This document shows, piece after piece, positions 53,107 to 63,277 of a stretch of 64,000 nucleotides of DNA. The notes under the pieces are model-generated. The model ran no database searches, had not been told where the DNA came from, and worked only from the letters and a program-made list of their open reading frames with translations. The first letter of the stretch is position 1. Each line of letters starts with the position of its first letter. Source of the stretch: a virus; the IMG/VR virus record IMGVR_UViG_3300042874_000443, positions 32,001 through 96,000 of that record; one strand, 5' to 3'. A program made the translations under genes and the position numbers.

Positions 53107-53958
53107 GTGCTCGTGGCTGCTTCGTTCGAGATTTCCGCATTCGCCCGCAAGCACGCCCCCTGGTCCTACTCCAAGATGGAGCTGGCCGAGACGTGCCCTG
53201 CGCAGTTCCGGCACAAGCACATCGCCAAGACAACGGCGGCGCCTGCCCCGTCTGACACCAAGGTCGGCATCGTTGCACACGCGGTTCTCGAACACCGCGT
53301 CATGGGCAAGCCTTCAGGCATCGCCAAGAAGACTGCCGTCGAGAAGACGCCTCTGACGACTACGGAGCAGGAGATGCTCCACATGCTCGAAGAGAACATG
53401 GAGGACTTCCTCCGTCGCTTCGACAATTTCTGCAAAGCGCAGGGCGTCACGAAGGTGATGTGCGAAGCGGACTGGGGCTTCACCGACGACTACAAGCCGA
53501 CGGGGTTCTTCGCCGAGAACGTGTTCTTCCGCGGCAAGCTCGACCTGGGGGCGCTCACACGCGACAACGATCTGTTCCTGATCGATCACAAGTCGGGCGA
53601 GGCCAAGCCTCTCGAGCGTGATCAGAAGAAGCGGCAGCAGCTGCAGGCGTATGGCGTGCTCGCGCTTCCCAACATGCCCGACATCGCGGGCGTGCGCGGC
53701 GGCATCCACTTCATGCAAGGCAACCCAGACGAGCGTCTGCAGTGGACGACGTACATCCCCGCTGAACGCATCCGCGCGCTCTACATGCCGTGGTTGTTCG
53801 GGCGCATCAACACATCGGCCGAGAACCTTGCCGAGCCGTTCGAAGCGCGCCCCGCGAAGTCGCTTATGAAGAAGAACAACAAGCCTGGCTGGCCGTGCGG
53901 CTGGTGTCAGTACCAAGACGTCTGTCCCGAGTTCAAGGAGAAGTTCGGTGGCTCGTAA
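53107..53958 (+). CDS. Second PD-(D/E)XK nuclease (RecB/Cas4-like)
   Basis: WSYSK...CP, GIVAH, RGKLD, IDHKSG, QLQAY, CGWC...CP. Confidence 0.85.
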   Translation: MLVAASFEISAFARKHAPWSYSKMELAETCPAQFRHKHIAKTTAAPAPSDTKVGIVAHAVLEHRVMGKPSGIAKKTAVEKTPLTTTEQEMLHMLEENMEDFLRRFDNFCKAQGVTKVMCEADWGFTDDYKPTGFFAENVFFRGKLDLGALTRDNDLFLIDHKSGEAKPLERDQKKRQQLQAYGVLALPNMPDIAGVRGGIHFMQGNPDERLQWTTYIPAERIRALYMPWLFGRINTSAENLAEPFEARPAKSLMKKNNKPGWPCGWCQYQDVCPEFKEKFGGS

Positions 53959-56900
53959 GGCGAAGGGTCAGGACAACAAGGTCGCGTTCACGCGACTCAA
54001 CCGTGTTTGGACCGACGTCCAGAACGGCGACTGGCTTTCGTGGCTCGCGGAGACGTGCCCCGAGTCGATGTTCACGCTCTCGGGACCGCACATCAAAGGC
54101 CGGTGTCCGTTCCACGATGACTCCACGGCATCGTTCATCGTCACGCCCTACAAGGGCATCGTGCGGTGCTTCGGTTGTCAGAAGCTCTTCTACAACCCGA
54201 TCTATTTCATCGCGGCGCTGAACAACACGAGCGTCGCTGACGCGTTGACGTTCGCGAAGAAACGCTGGGGACTCTCCGCGGCGATCCCCAAGGAGCTGTT
54301 CGAGAAGGTTCGCGACCACGAGGTCTATCAGAAACACAAGACCACGCTGATGAAGTACTTCAGCGAGCTGCTCTTTCAGGCGCTGTCCGCGTTCGGTCGC
54401 GGCACCATCGTCGATGAACATCTGCACTGGGCGCTGCCGACCGTCACGTATTTGATGGACCGCAAGCTCGGAGAGAGCGCGCGCAACGAGCTGGTCGCAG
54501 AGAAGGATCAGCCGAACGGATCGTTCGATCAATTCGGTGTGTGGGTCACGGTCTGCAACCGCGAGCTGCTCGGCATCTTTCCGCCCATCGCGTTCGTACG
54601 CGAGCACTTCGGTGAGACGTCGGAGGAGTTCAAGTTCTTCAGGAGCTACTTCGGCAAGTACACCGATGGCCAAGCGTACATCGGCCATCTCGTGTTCCCG
54701 TTCGACGATACGCCGACGTCCATCTGCCGCTTCAAGCTGCGCGAGCCCGCCAAACCGGCCAAGAGCCAAGCGTGGGTCGAGGACAACTATGAAACGGAGA
54801 TGGGCAACTTCCGTGGCTTCTACGGGCTGCGCTACTACCGCCCGTACCTCAGCTCGCAGGACCACGGGATGGACGGCCCCAAGGAGGGCTTCATCAGCTA
54901 CCTGTCCGAGGGCGAGTTCGACGTGCTCTGCGCGATCGCACAGCAGATCCGGCGATCGTCGGATGACTACATCGCGCTCGCGCTCAGTGGTGGCGGCGCT
55001 CAGGCGGTCGATCGGTTGACGTCGTTTGGCGTTAGCCGTGCGTGGTTGGTGCCCGACCGCGATCGGGGTGGCGACGACTTCGTCAAGCACGTGCTCGAGG
55101 AGACGCGGTCCAAGACGCTCTCGTTCCGTGTGTTCCTGTGGCCCGACGAGTATGTGGACTGGCACGACCCGACGCGTCCTGACGCGCGCATCAAGGATCC
55201 GGACGACGCCATCCGCGAGATCGGGTATCCGCGTTGGGTTCGCTACGTCACGAACGAGAAGGGATACTCGGCTGCATCGGAGTGGTGCTACGACCAGGCG
55301 TCGGCCGAGATCTCGCGCAGCGGTACGACCGACGTTTCTGCAATCAACCAAGTGGCCAAGCGGTGGGGTGCTCTCCTACGTGATGAGCAGGTGTGCAGCT
55401 CGTACTGCACCGCCATCGCAACAGACCATGGATTGGATGCGGTCATCCTTCGACGCGACATCCTGGTCAAGGATGACAACGAAGAGGAGTTCATCAAACG
55501 CCTCTACATCTCGTTGCTCGAGAACTACCATCCCGTCGGCATTCAGAACGCGGAGGGGCGCAAGCGCATCTTGTCCCTCTGGAACAAGACGAGCCGAACC
55601 ACGGACACCATCGTGCTCAACGATGAGCGTAGTGCCGAGACGTTCATCTCACGGCACTACGGTCCGATCTACGACTTCATCTCGAAGACGGTAGGTGACC
55701 CGCCCTTCATCGTAGGTAACGACGACGAAGAGACCGCCTTCAACATCACGATGAAGGCCAAGAAGTATCGCGAGTACCTGAACTACGCCCTGCTCAAGAT
55801 GGCAAAGGACCTACCGTCAATGGACCACGCACCGATGAAGGCCCAAGGCATCCACATGATCGAGACCACGGAAGGCCGGATGCGGTCGTACATGGTCAAC
55901 GGTCGAGACGTGTACAGCCTGATTCACGATGGTGCGAACTTCACGCCGACGCTGCTCGATGGTCCGCGTCACGAGGGCGTCATCTTCGACAACACCGGGC
56001 AGGCGTGGATCGACAGCGTCGGCGGCGTCGCGGACTTGAACGCGAAGGTCGACCTGGTCGAGCTGTACGTGCGCGTTCGGGACATGGTCGAGACGGGTTG
56101 GTCGTTCCGCTACCAGCAGCTCGACTGCACGTTCCTCGCGGCGTACGTGATGTGCCTCGCGGTGATGAACGTCTTCACACGCCAGACGGCCGTCATCCTC
56201 AACGCCGAACACGAGTCCGGCAAGAGCAAGTTCACCGCAGGCTTCGTTGGCGGGTCAGGGTCATCGCGCATCAACGTGGTGGCGCACGCCCTGACGATGC
56301 AGGGCTACACGGCTGCATCCATCCGTCAGCGTCACAACAACACGAGCCTGTGCTTGTGTCTGGAGGAGTTCGAGGACTACGGCGGCAACGACGCAAAGTC
56401 GATCGCCGTGCGTCGCGTCCTCGAGCTGTGTCGCGACCTCATCTCGGAAACGGCGGTCAACTGGTCCATCGGAACTACGACGGGCGAGAGCAGGACGTAC
56501 CACCTGCGCTTCCCGTTGGTGGCGTGCGCCATTCGTCCGTTGCGCGACGCTGCGTCGCTCTCACGTTTCGTTCAGTTCGAGCTGGTGAAGGACGCGAGCC
56601 GCATCGACCCCGTGCTCGCCATCACCGGCAAGTTCGGTGACGACCTGATCAAGCAGACGCGACACGACATGGTGGTGGGGCTCCTGCCGCACATGCTCGC
56701 GCTGCGCACACACCAGGGCCTGGTCGAGCAGGAGTACGTTTCGGGCAACAAGCTGCCGCAGCATGCGTCGTCGCGTTTCCGCGAAGCGATGTTCCCTGTG
56801 CTGGCGATGCTGCGTTTGCTGAGCGACTTGGCGAAGGCGCGCGGCACGACGAACCCGATCCCGGACTACCGTACGTTCGCCTACGACTTCGCCGAATCCC

Positions 56901-57463
56901 GTCGCGAGCAGCTCGCGCGCCTCAAGACGACGTCGGAGAATGAGCAGATCTTCGAGACCATCCTGGGCTCGGCGATCCAGACCGCAACGGTCGGCACGCA
57001 GGACCAGATGTCCGGCATGACCACCATCCGCGTGATGCTCGGAGACCTGAACAAGCTCGACGACATCAACAAGACGAAGAAGGGCGTCTACCTCGATTCG
57101 AAGATGGAGTGGCTCGTCGTGAACTGGGTCGAAGCTTCGCAGGGCCTTCTGGCGCAGACGAAGTACCGCACCGAGACACCGACGTTCCTCAAGCAGGTGT
57201 CGGAGCGCTCCCCGCACTACATCAGCAACGAGCAGGTCAAGCACGCGCGCGTGCTCGAACGTCTTGTGGACGTGATGGGGCCATGTCAACCGATCGACCT
57301 GATTTCGGTGTTCTCGATCAAGCACCTGCTTGATGCGACACGCGCCCGTCGGGAAGAGGTGATGGCCAAGACGGCGACGCCCGCGGACAAGCCGGTCGAG
57401 ATCGACAACGACAAACCCCAAATCAGCGGAAGCGGAACTGACGACGACGACATCGTCGTGTAG
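53948..57463 (+). CDS. DnaG-type primase (CHC2 zinc finger + TOPRIM) fused to C-terminal P-loop/helicase-like domain
   Basis: CPFHDD...CFGC; EGEFD; DRDRGG; KDPDD; AEHESGKS and CLEEFE. Confidence 0.8.
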   Translation: MARKAKGQDNKVAFTRLNRVWTDVQNGDWLSWLAETCPESMFTLSGPHIKGRCPFHDDSTASFIVTPYKGIVRCFGCQKLFYNPIYFIAALNNTSVADALTFAKKRWGLSAAIPKELFEKVRDHEVYQKHKTTLMKYFSELLFQALSAFGRGTIVDEHLHWALPTVTYLMDRKLGESARNELVAEKDQPNGSFDQFGVWVTVCNRELLGIFPPIAFVREHFGETSEEFKFFRSYFGKYTDGQAYIGHLVFPFDDTPTSICRFKLREPAKPAKSQAWVEDNYETEMGNFRGFYGLRYYRPYLSSQDHGMDGPKEGFISYLSEGEFDVLCAIAQQIRRSSDDYIALALSGGGAQAVDRLTSFGVSRAWLVPDRDRGGDDFVKHVLEETRSKTLSFRVFLWPDEYVDWHDPTRPDARIKDPDDAIREIGYPRWVRYVTNEKGYSAASEWCYDQASAEISRSGTTDVSAINQVAKRWGALLRDEQVCSSYCTAIATDHGLDAVILRRDILVKDDNEEEFIKRLYISLLENYHPVGIQNAEGRKRILSLWNKTSRTTDTIVLNDERSAETFISRHYGPIYDFISKTVGDPPFIVGNDDEETAFNITMKAKKYREYLNYALLKMAKDLPSMDHAPMKAQGIHMIETTEGRMRSYMVNGRDVYSLIHDGANFTPTLLDGPRHEGVIFDNTGQAWIDSVGGVADLNAKVDLVELYVRVRDMVETGWSFRYQQLDCTFLAAYVMCLAVMNVFTRQTAVILNAEHESGKSKFTAGFVGGSGSSRINVVAHALTMQGYTAASIRQRHNNTSLCLCLEEFEDYGGNDAKSIAVRRVLELCRDLISETAVNWSIGTTTGESRTYHLRFPLVACAIRPLRDAASLSRFVQFELVKDASRIDPVLAITGKFGDDLIKQTRHDMVVGLLPHMLALRTHQGLVEQEYVSGNKLPQHASSRFREAMFPVLAMLRLLSDLAKARGTTNPIPDYRTFAYDFAESRREQLARLKTTSENEQIFETILGSAIQTATVGTQDQMSGMTTIRVMLGDLNKLDDINKTKKGVYLDSKMEWLVVNWVEASQGLLAQTKYRTETPTFLKQVSERSPHYISNEQVKHARVLERLVDVMGPCQPIDLISVFSIKHLLDATRARREEVMAKTATPADKPVEIDNDKPQISGSGTDDDDIVV

Positions 57464-57466
57464 GGT

Positions 57467-57847
57467 ATGTTTATGGAATCGACATCCTCAGACCTTGTAC
57501 GCGCCTTAACACAGGCTTTGCACGCTCAAAACGACGCTCTGAAGGCGCTGAACCTACTGCCATACGGCATGCATCGGGACGATGACCACGTGTTCGACCC
57601 GTTGAATGATGTAGATGTTTCCTACGTGTTGTACAACGAAGGTGTTATGGATGCCTCAACAGGCAAACGTGTTATTCGACACGGTCCTTGGTTGGAGCGT
57701 TCGGTTAAGACCGGGCGCTTCAGTACAGACACCTCAACGCTTGCCGCGATTGTCGAGAAGACGGCGTGCCATGTAGCCGCTGCCATCTTGAACTATCGCA
57801 TAACACATGCCGCGCTCATGGCAGCGCACAAGGCGACCGGTGGTTGA
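57467..57847 (+). CDS. Hypothetical protein (lower GC)
   Basis: Fills gap between primase and polymerase. Confidence 0.55.
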   Translation: MFMESTSSDLVRALTQALHAQNDALKALNLLPYGMHRDDDHVFDPLNDVDVSYVLYNEGVMDASTGKRVIRHGPWLERSVKTGRFSTDTSTLAAIVEKTACHVAAAILNYRITHAALMAAHKATGG

Positions 57848-60803
57848 GAAGAAGGAGAGGGTCAAGCTGCCGGTCATTCCGGCCGACGACCCGTCGCTGC
57901 ATCCAGACAACCAATCGCCGCGAAAGACCGGCATGGCGTGTATGGGCTGCGATCTGTTCGACAAGGGCCGTGTCGTTGGACAAGGCGCCTCAGGTCACGT
58001 CGACATCATGTTCGTGTCGGAGTCGCCATCGTCCTGGTCGGTCAACAACCAGGAGATGTTCTTCGGACGCGGCGGCCGCATCATCCGCAAGGTCTGGAAG
58101 GAGCTGAAGGACCTGGATGCAAAGACGGGTGGGCATCTCAAGATGCGCTACCTGTCGAAGTGGGATTCGTACGCGGTCCAGTGTCAGGTTGAAGAGGGCC
58201 GTGACCAGAACGCGACGGCGACGGCTGCAACGATTCAGCGTTGCTCGCACTACCTCCGTTCGTCCATCAGGAACAAGCAGCCCAAGATCATCGTGGCGTT
58301 CGGCGCGACGGCGCTCAAGTCCCTCGGGCACAAGGTCAGCGGGTTTATGGAAGCGCGCGGACGCCTGCTCGACGTCGACATCGACGGTCAGACCTTCAAG
58401 GTCCTGCCGACGTTCTCGACGAAGCACTTGGTGGCGAAGACAGGTCTCTACAACCTGTTCTACGCGGACTTCGTGCGTGCGGTGCGTGTGGCGGGGGGTG
58501 TTGACGAGATCGGCGCGAACGCGACGCTTGAAGAAGTCACCAAGGACTACCGCATCCCGACGACCGTCGCGGAAGTCAAAGACGTCTGCGACACGATCAT
58601 CAACCACGTCGTCGAAGGCGCCAAGACTGCGTCGCAATGTGCGATCGCGGTGGACACCGAGACCAACACCGTCAACCCGCACAGGAAGGACGCGAAGGTC
58701 CTGTGCATCTCGTTCGCCTGGGACACGGGACGTTCGACCGCGATTCCGTTGTTCCATCGGGAAACGCCGTGGTCGCCCGAAGAGATGGAAGAGGTCATCG
58801 GCCACGTACAGCGCGTGCTCGAGTGCCCGAAGCCGAAGGTCTTCCACAACGCGAAGTTCGATCTCAAGTTCATCGAGTTGCGCCACGGCTGGCGCGTCAA
58901 CAACGTCGCGTGGGACTCGCTGCTCGGCGAGCACCTTCTGCGCGAAGACATGACGGGTTCGTACGGCCTGAAGACGTTGGGCCGGAGCTACTTCCCCATG
59001 TTCGGCAACTACGCCGACAAGGTGCAGGAGATCGCGCAACAGCTCACGCCCGAAGAAGAAGGCGTGCGGACCGTGCTCATCAAGGCACGCAAGGGCAAGC
59101 CGAAGAAGGGCGTCGAGGGCATCGAAGACGGCTTGACCTTCGAGATGACCAAGAAGGAGCTGGAGGCGTACCTCTTCGGCACGAAGAAGGACCGCAAGAA
59201 GAAGGTGTTCGACGAGGGCTACGAACGCGTGCCCATCGACACGCTCTGCATCTACGCGGCTGTCGACACCGACCTGACGCGCCGTTTGTTGCGGCATCAG
59301 TTCGGGCGCATGCAACAGGAAGGCTTCCAACAACATGCGCGTGCCTTGATGGCGTCGCACTGCGTCCCGGCGTCGCGAGCGCTCGGGAAGATGGAGTTCG
59401 ACGGCTTCCCGGTCGATCGACCGTATCTCGAGAAGCTTGAAGTCGACCTGGGCAAGATCGTCGACGAGAAGAAGAAGATCCTGAACAGCATGTGGGAGGG
59501 GTCGCACGAGTTCAACCCCAACTCGACTAACGACATCGCGTGGATCCTGTTCAACAACGGTGTGCTCAACCCGGTGACGGGCGAGCGCTCGCTGCGCAAC
59601 GGGCCGTGGGTCGAGGTCAACAAGAAATCGCAGAAGTACAAGACCGACAAGAAGACGCTCAAGGCCATCGCAGAGAAGTTGAAGTGCCCCTTCGCGAAGG
59701 CGCTGCTCGAGTATCGCGGCGCTCACAAGGCTCTCACGGGGTTCGTTCACGACATCAAGGTGTTGTCGGAATACGACAACATCCTGCACTCGAGCTTCCA
59801 CCTGCACGGCACATCGACGGGGCGCCTGTCTTCGTCGAACGTCAACATGCAGAACCAGCCCAAGAAGCTGGCCGGCGTGAACATCAAGAAGATCTTCATC
59901 CCGGATGACCCCGAGGAAGAGCTGATCTTCAACGTCGACTGGAAGGGTGCTGAGATTCGCGTCTTCACCGCGTACGCCCCCGACAAGCAGCTGATCGATG
60001 CACTCAACGGGGGACTCGACGTTCACAGCTGGTTCACGCAGGAGATCTTCGGAATCCCGTACGAGGAGGTCGAAGCGAAGAAGGACATCGACGACGAGAT
60101 GTCCAAGACACGTACAACCGTGAAGCGTGTCGTGTTCGGCATCCTCTACGGCGCCATGGCCAAGAAGATCGCAGAGACCGCTGGCATCTCGGAAGAAGCG
60201 GCGCAGCAGGTCATCGACAAGCTGTTCGATCGCTTCCCGTCCCTGAAGAACTACATGGACGAGGTGGTCGCGCAGATCCACACGCGTGGCTTCGTCGAGA
60301 CGTTGTTCGGTCGTCGCCGCCGGTTCCCGCTGCAGGCGGTCAACGGGTTCTTCCGCGGCCAGGCGGAACGTCGCGGCAAGAACATGAAGATCCAGTCGAC
60401 GTCGTCGGACATCGTCGTGGCGCAGCTCATCGAGATCTTCGATCACATCGGCGAGCTGGGCGGGCGTCTGTGCATTACGGTGCACGACTCGATCGTGGGC
60501 ACGGTCAAGAAGAAGTATCTGTCTCAGGTGCAGCCGTTCTTCGACCACTACTGCGTGGAGCGCGTCGGCCAGAAGTTCCCGTGGCTGCCCGTGGCGTTCG
60601 CGCACGATGTGAGCGTCGGTCCGAACTACGGTGAGACCATCGCGCTGGCGGACTACATCAAGAAGAACCCGATCAAGGAGCTGACGCCCGACCAGGAGTT
60701 CTTCCAGGAGCTGGACGAGGAGTCCTTGAACGAGCTGCGCGATGATGAAGAAGAAGCACGCGAGCGCGAAGCCCTTGCTGCCGTAGCAACGGGTACCTCG
60801 TGA
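57840..60803 (+). CDS. polA: Family A DNA polymerase with N-terminal family-4 uracil-DNA glycosylase-like domain and 3'-5' exonuclease
   Basis: CMGCDL...IMFVSESP...FFGRGG...IVAFGATA (UDG4-like); VDTET, HNAKFD, YAAVD; TGRLSS, DWKGAEIR, RTTVKRVVFGILYG, TVHDS. Confidence 0.93.
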   Translation: MVEKKERVKLPVIPADDPSLHPDNQSPRKTGMACMGCDLFDKGRVVGQGASGHVDIMFVSESPSSWSVNNQEMFFGRGGRIIRKVWKELKDLDAKTGGHLKMRYLSKWDSYAVQCQVEEGRDQNATATAATIQRCSHYLRSSIRNKQPKIIVAFGATALKSLGHKVSGFMEARGRLLDVDIDGQTFKVLPTFSTKHLVAKTGLYNLFYADFVRAVRVAGGVDEIGANATLEEVTKDYRIPTTVAEVKDVCDTIINHVVEGAKTASQCAIAVDTETNTVNPHRKDAKVLCISFAWDTGRSTAIPLFHRETPWSPEEMEEVIGHVQRVLECPKPKVFHNAKFDLKFIELRHGWRVNNVAWDSLLGEHLLREDMTGSYGLKTLGRSYFPMFGNYADKVQEIAQQLTPEEEGVRTVLIKARKGKPKKGVEGIEDGLTFEMTKKELEAYLFGTKKDRKKKVFDEGYERVPIDTLCIYAAVDTDLTRRLLRHQFGRMQQEGFQQHARALMASHCVPASRALGKMEFDGFPVDRPYLEKLEVDLGKIVDEKKKILNSMWEGSHEFNPNSTNDIAWILFNNGVLNPVTGERSLRNGPWVEVNKKSQKYKTDKKTLKAIAEKLKCPFAKALLEYRGAHKALTGFVHDIKVLSEYDNILHSSFHLHGTSTGRLSSSNVNMQNQPKKLAGVNIKKIFIPDDPEEELIFNVDWKGAEIRVFTAYAPDKQLIDALNGGLDVHSWFTQEIFGIPYEEVEAKKDIDDEMSKTRTTVKRVVFGILYGAMAKKIAETAGISEEAAQQVIDKLFDRFPSLKNYMDEVVAQIHTRGFVETLFGRRRRFPLQAVNGFFRGQAERRGKNMKIQSTSSDIVVAQLIEIFDHIGELGGRLCITVHDSIVGTVKKKYLSQVQPFFDHYCVERVGQKFPWLPVAFAHDVSVGPNYGETIALADYIKKNPIKELTPDQEFFQELDEESLNELRDDEEEAREREALAAVATGTS

Positions 60804-61012
60804 ACAAGATACGCGGACGTTGTCACGGTCCTGATCGCCTGGTGCATCTCTTTCACCCTACGTACGGAGAGTGGGAAGATGCGCTCGGCGGAGACTACGC
60901 GTTCGTCACAGGCTGTGGGCGTGGGTTCAACGAAGACGACGAAGAAACGTACCAACCTACCGACGATCTCGTCACCTGTTTACGGTGTATCGGTTCACCG
61001 TTTACTGAATAA
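60800..61012 (+). CDS. Small Cys/His hypothetical protein
   Basis: GTGA overlap; VH...CG...VTCLRC. Confidence 0.5.
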   Translation: MNKIRGRCHGPDRLVHLFHPTYGEWEDALGGDYAFVTGCGRGFNEDDEETYQPTDDLVTCLRCIGSPFTE

Positions 61013-61066
61013 ACCTGTTAGAAATCCAAGAGACCCTTTGTTATAAGCTACAGCTGAGGACCATCA

Positions 61067-61636
61067 ATGCCACCGCGCCCTGCCATGAAGGATTGCAACC
61101 TCTTCTTCTTCGACTGCGAGACAGGAGGGTTGAACCCTGCTGTCGCGGACATGGTCGAAGTGGCCTGTATCGTCACGGACCCGTCAGGACAGAACGTCCT
61201 CGACGAGTATTGTGCGAAGGTCTTTCCAAAGAAGCCGGTCGATCCTGGGGCAGCGCGGGTGAACGGCTACACGATGGAGAAGTGGGCCGCGGAAGCCATC
61301 GAGCTGGACATCGCGATGGTCAAGCTCCTGGGCATGGGACGTGACGCTGTGTTCGTTGCGCACAACACGCCCTTCGACTGGGGCTTCTTCGAGATGGCGA
61401 TGGCCCAGCGCAGCCAGCGTTGGATCGGCGACTACCACAAGATCGACACTGTCGCGTTGGCCACGCCACTTCTCAAGGCGGGACACGTCGCGAACGTCAA
61501 GCTCGTGACGCTGACGGAGCACTTCGGGATCGAGCACGAGGCACATCGCGCGATGGGAGATGCTCGTGCATGCCGTGATGTCTATCTCCGGTTGATGGAG
61601 ATGTACTCGTCGGTATTCGCCGACACCGTGCACTGA
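61067..61636 (+). CDS. DEDDh 3'-5' exonuclease (DnaQ-like)
   Basis: FDCETGGL, AHNTPFD, IDT, AHRAMGDA. Confidence 0.9.
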   Translation: MPPRPAMKDCNLFFFDCETGGLNPAVADMVEVACIVTDPSGQNVLDEYCAKVFPKKPVDPGAARVNGYTMEKWAAEAIELDIAMVKLLGMGRDAVFVAHNTPFDWGFFEMAMAQRSQRWIGDYHKIDTVALATPLLKAGHVANVKLVTLTEHFGIEHEAHRAMGDARACRDVYLRLMEMYSSVFADTVH

Positions 61637-61638
61637 CG

Positions 61639-63252
61639 CTACAAGAACTTCAGGCTCTGCGTCAGCAGCATCCAGGCGAACCAGCCGAAGATCTGCGCGT
61701 GCAAACAATCGTCGGGCATGGTCGGCGAGTGTCGCCAGACCTTTCGCCCCTGCAAGGTGACCTCTTCGTAGACGTTCAGGATGTCACTGATGGCGGGCTG
61801 CGCGTGCATCAGCTTGGGGTAGACCGCCTGCTTGTGAATCAAGAACCGAGCGTAGTTGTCGATGAGCGTCGTACGGTCGACATGATAGACCATCGCAGCC
61901 GGGTTCCAGTCGAACGGCTTGGACAGCGCCATGTAGCGAATGGCGACGACGCGGTGGTCTCCCAAGCGGGCACGTAGGTACGAGTTGCCGATGGCACCTT
62001 CGCCGGCGTCGCCGACGAGCATGTTGACACCCCATGCGTTGCACAGCTCGACGATCTCGTCGATCCAACCGATGGCGTGGCCGTTGGGGAAGATCTTGTA
62101 GAAGAGCGTCTTCAAGCGCCCGTCGGCCATCTGGCCCCAGATGTGGAGCACCGTCCGGCTCTTGAAGAGGCCCTCGCTGCCTTTGATCTCGGCACCGCCA
62201 CCGGACCAGTCGACGCCGGCAACGACGCGAGCGATGCCCTCTTTCGACAACGGCAACGGCAGGCGCGTCATCTCGTGGTTCTCGTCGCAGAGAGCCTCGA
62301 GAATCTCCTTGGTCAGGAGACGCGCACCTGTCGACGTGCTGACGCCGATGCACTCGTTCAGGAACTTGGCCTCGCCGTAGAGTGGCGAGTCCATCTTGTA
62401 GAGGAGCTTCCCCCAACGTTCGACGGCGGCCTCGTGACCGGGCGAGCCGAGGGGCCACGACGCAGGCACGTTCGTGGGCATGATGGCCTGGCTGACGTGG
62501 AAGCCCTTGATGCCGGCGGCCTTGTCCTTGGCCATGTCGATCCACTGGCCCTTGCGTGGGTCGAGACACTTTCCACAGCTCAGGCAGATCGGTCCGTTCT
62601 TGCCGAGCGCCTTTGTGCTAACGATGAACGTCCACTTGCTGCAACCCTCGCAGCGCATGCACCATTCGGTCTGCGACGACTGCGACCACAAGAACTCGAT
62701 GGTGTTTTCCATCGTCTTGGGCGTGCCGGCGTACGCCGAGTACTGGTAGTTCGAGTTGGCCATGCACTCCTCGATGACCGGGATGACGGCCTCGTAGAGG
62801 ATGTCCTGAACCTCGTCGAAGCAGCAGCGGTCAGCCGAGTAACCACGAGCGCGGTCAGGGTCATCGAGGGCGTACGTGAACGCCATCTCGGACCCGTTCG
62901 TGAGCATGCGCAGAAGGACGTTGTCGATCGATTCGGGACCGACGAAACCGCGACGAAGATCAGGGCTGTACGCGAGGATCTTCGCGACGCGGGTATGCGA
63001 GAACTTGCGCGTCTGCTCCTGCGACGGAGAGACGTAGTACGACTTGAAGGGCGCCGTGGCGATGGCCTCGGCGATCATGAAGGCCGCCAGCGTGGTCGAC
63101 TTGGTGACCTGCCGTCCCGTCTTCAAGAGAAGGCGGGGGTACTTACCGTCGTACACTGCACCGAACATCGGGTAGTCCACCAACGACAAAGGCTTGCCGT
63201 CGACGTAGAACAACCCCTGCGCGATGGTTGAACGATAAACCTCTTCCGACAT
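61639..63252 (-). CDS. Terminase large subunit (lambda GpA-like)
   Basis: KTGRQVTKST Walker A, RARG, FDEVQD Walker B, GTPKT, CEGC/CLSC, GVDW, PDDCLHA. Confidence 0.88.
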   Translation of the reverse strand: MSEEVYRSTIAQGLFYVDGKPLSLVDYPMFGAVYDGKYPRLLLKTGRQVTKSTTLAAFMIAEAIATAPFKSYYVSPSQEQTRKFSHTRVAKILAYSPDLRRGFVGPESIDNVLLRMLTNGSEMAFTYALDDPDRARGYSADRCCFDEVQDILYEAVIPVIEECMANSNYQYSAYAGTPKTMENTIEFLWSQSSQTEWCMRCEGCSKWTFIVSTKALGKNGPICLSCGKCLDPRKGQWIDMAKDKAAGIKGFHVSQAIMPTNVPASWPLGSPGHEAAVERWGKLLYKMDSPLYGEAKFLNECIGVSTSTGARLLTKEILEALCDENHEMTRLPLPLSKEGIARVVAGVDWSGGGAEIKGSEGLFKSRTVLHIWGQMADGRLKTLFYKIFPNGHAIGWIDEIVELCNAWGVNMLVGDAGEGAIGNSYLRARLGDHRVVAIRYMALSKPFDWNPAAMVYHVDRTTLIDNYARFLIHKQAVYPKLMHAQPAISDILNVYEEVTLQGRKVWRHSPTMPDDCLHAQIFGWFAWMLLTQSLKFL

Positions 63253-63277
63253 ATCAACGGGAACCTAGGAGAATGAG

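Noticed and set aside
47596-53958. CRISPR-Cas system from Cas4-like genes
   Set aside because: No repeat-spacer array and no cas1/cas2 or effector genes seen
57990-60605. 871-aa antisense ORF and other long shadow ORFs (e.g. 51713-53086, 53933-55351, 14745-15818, 62077-63231)
   Set aside because: They lie opposite well-supported genes, have no motifs, and are expected from strong GC3 bias that removes stops on the reverse strand
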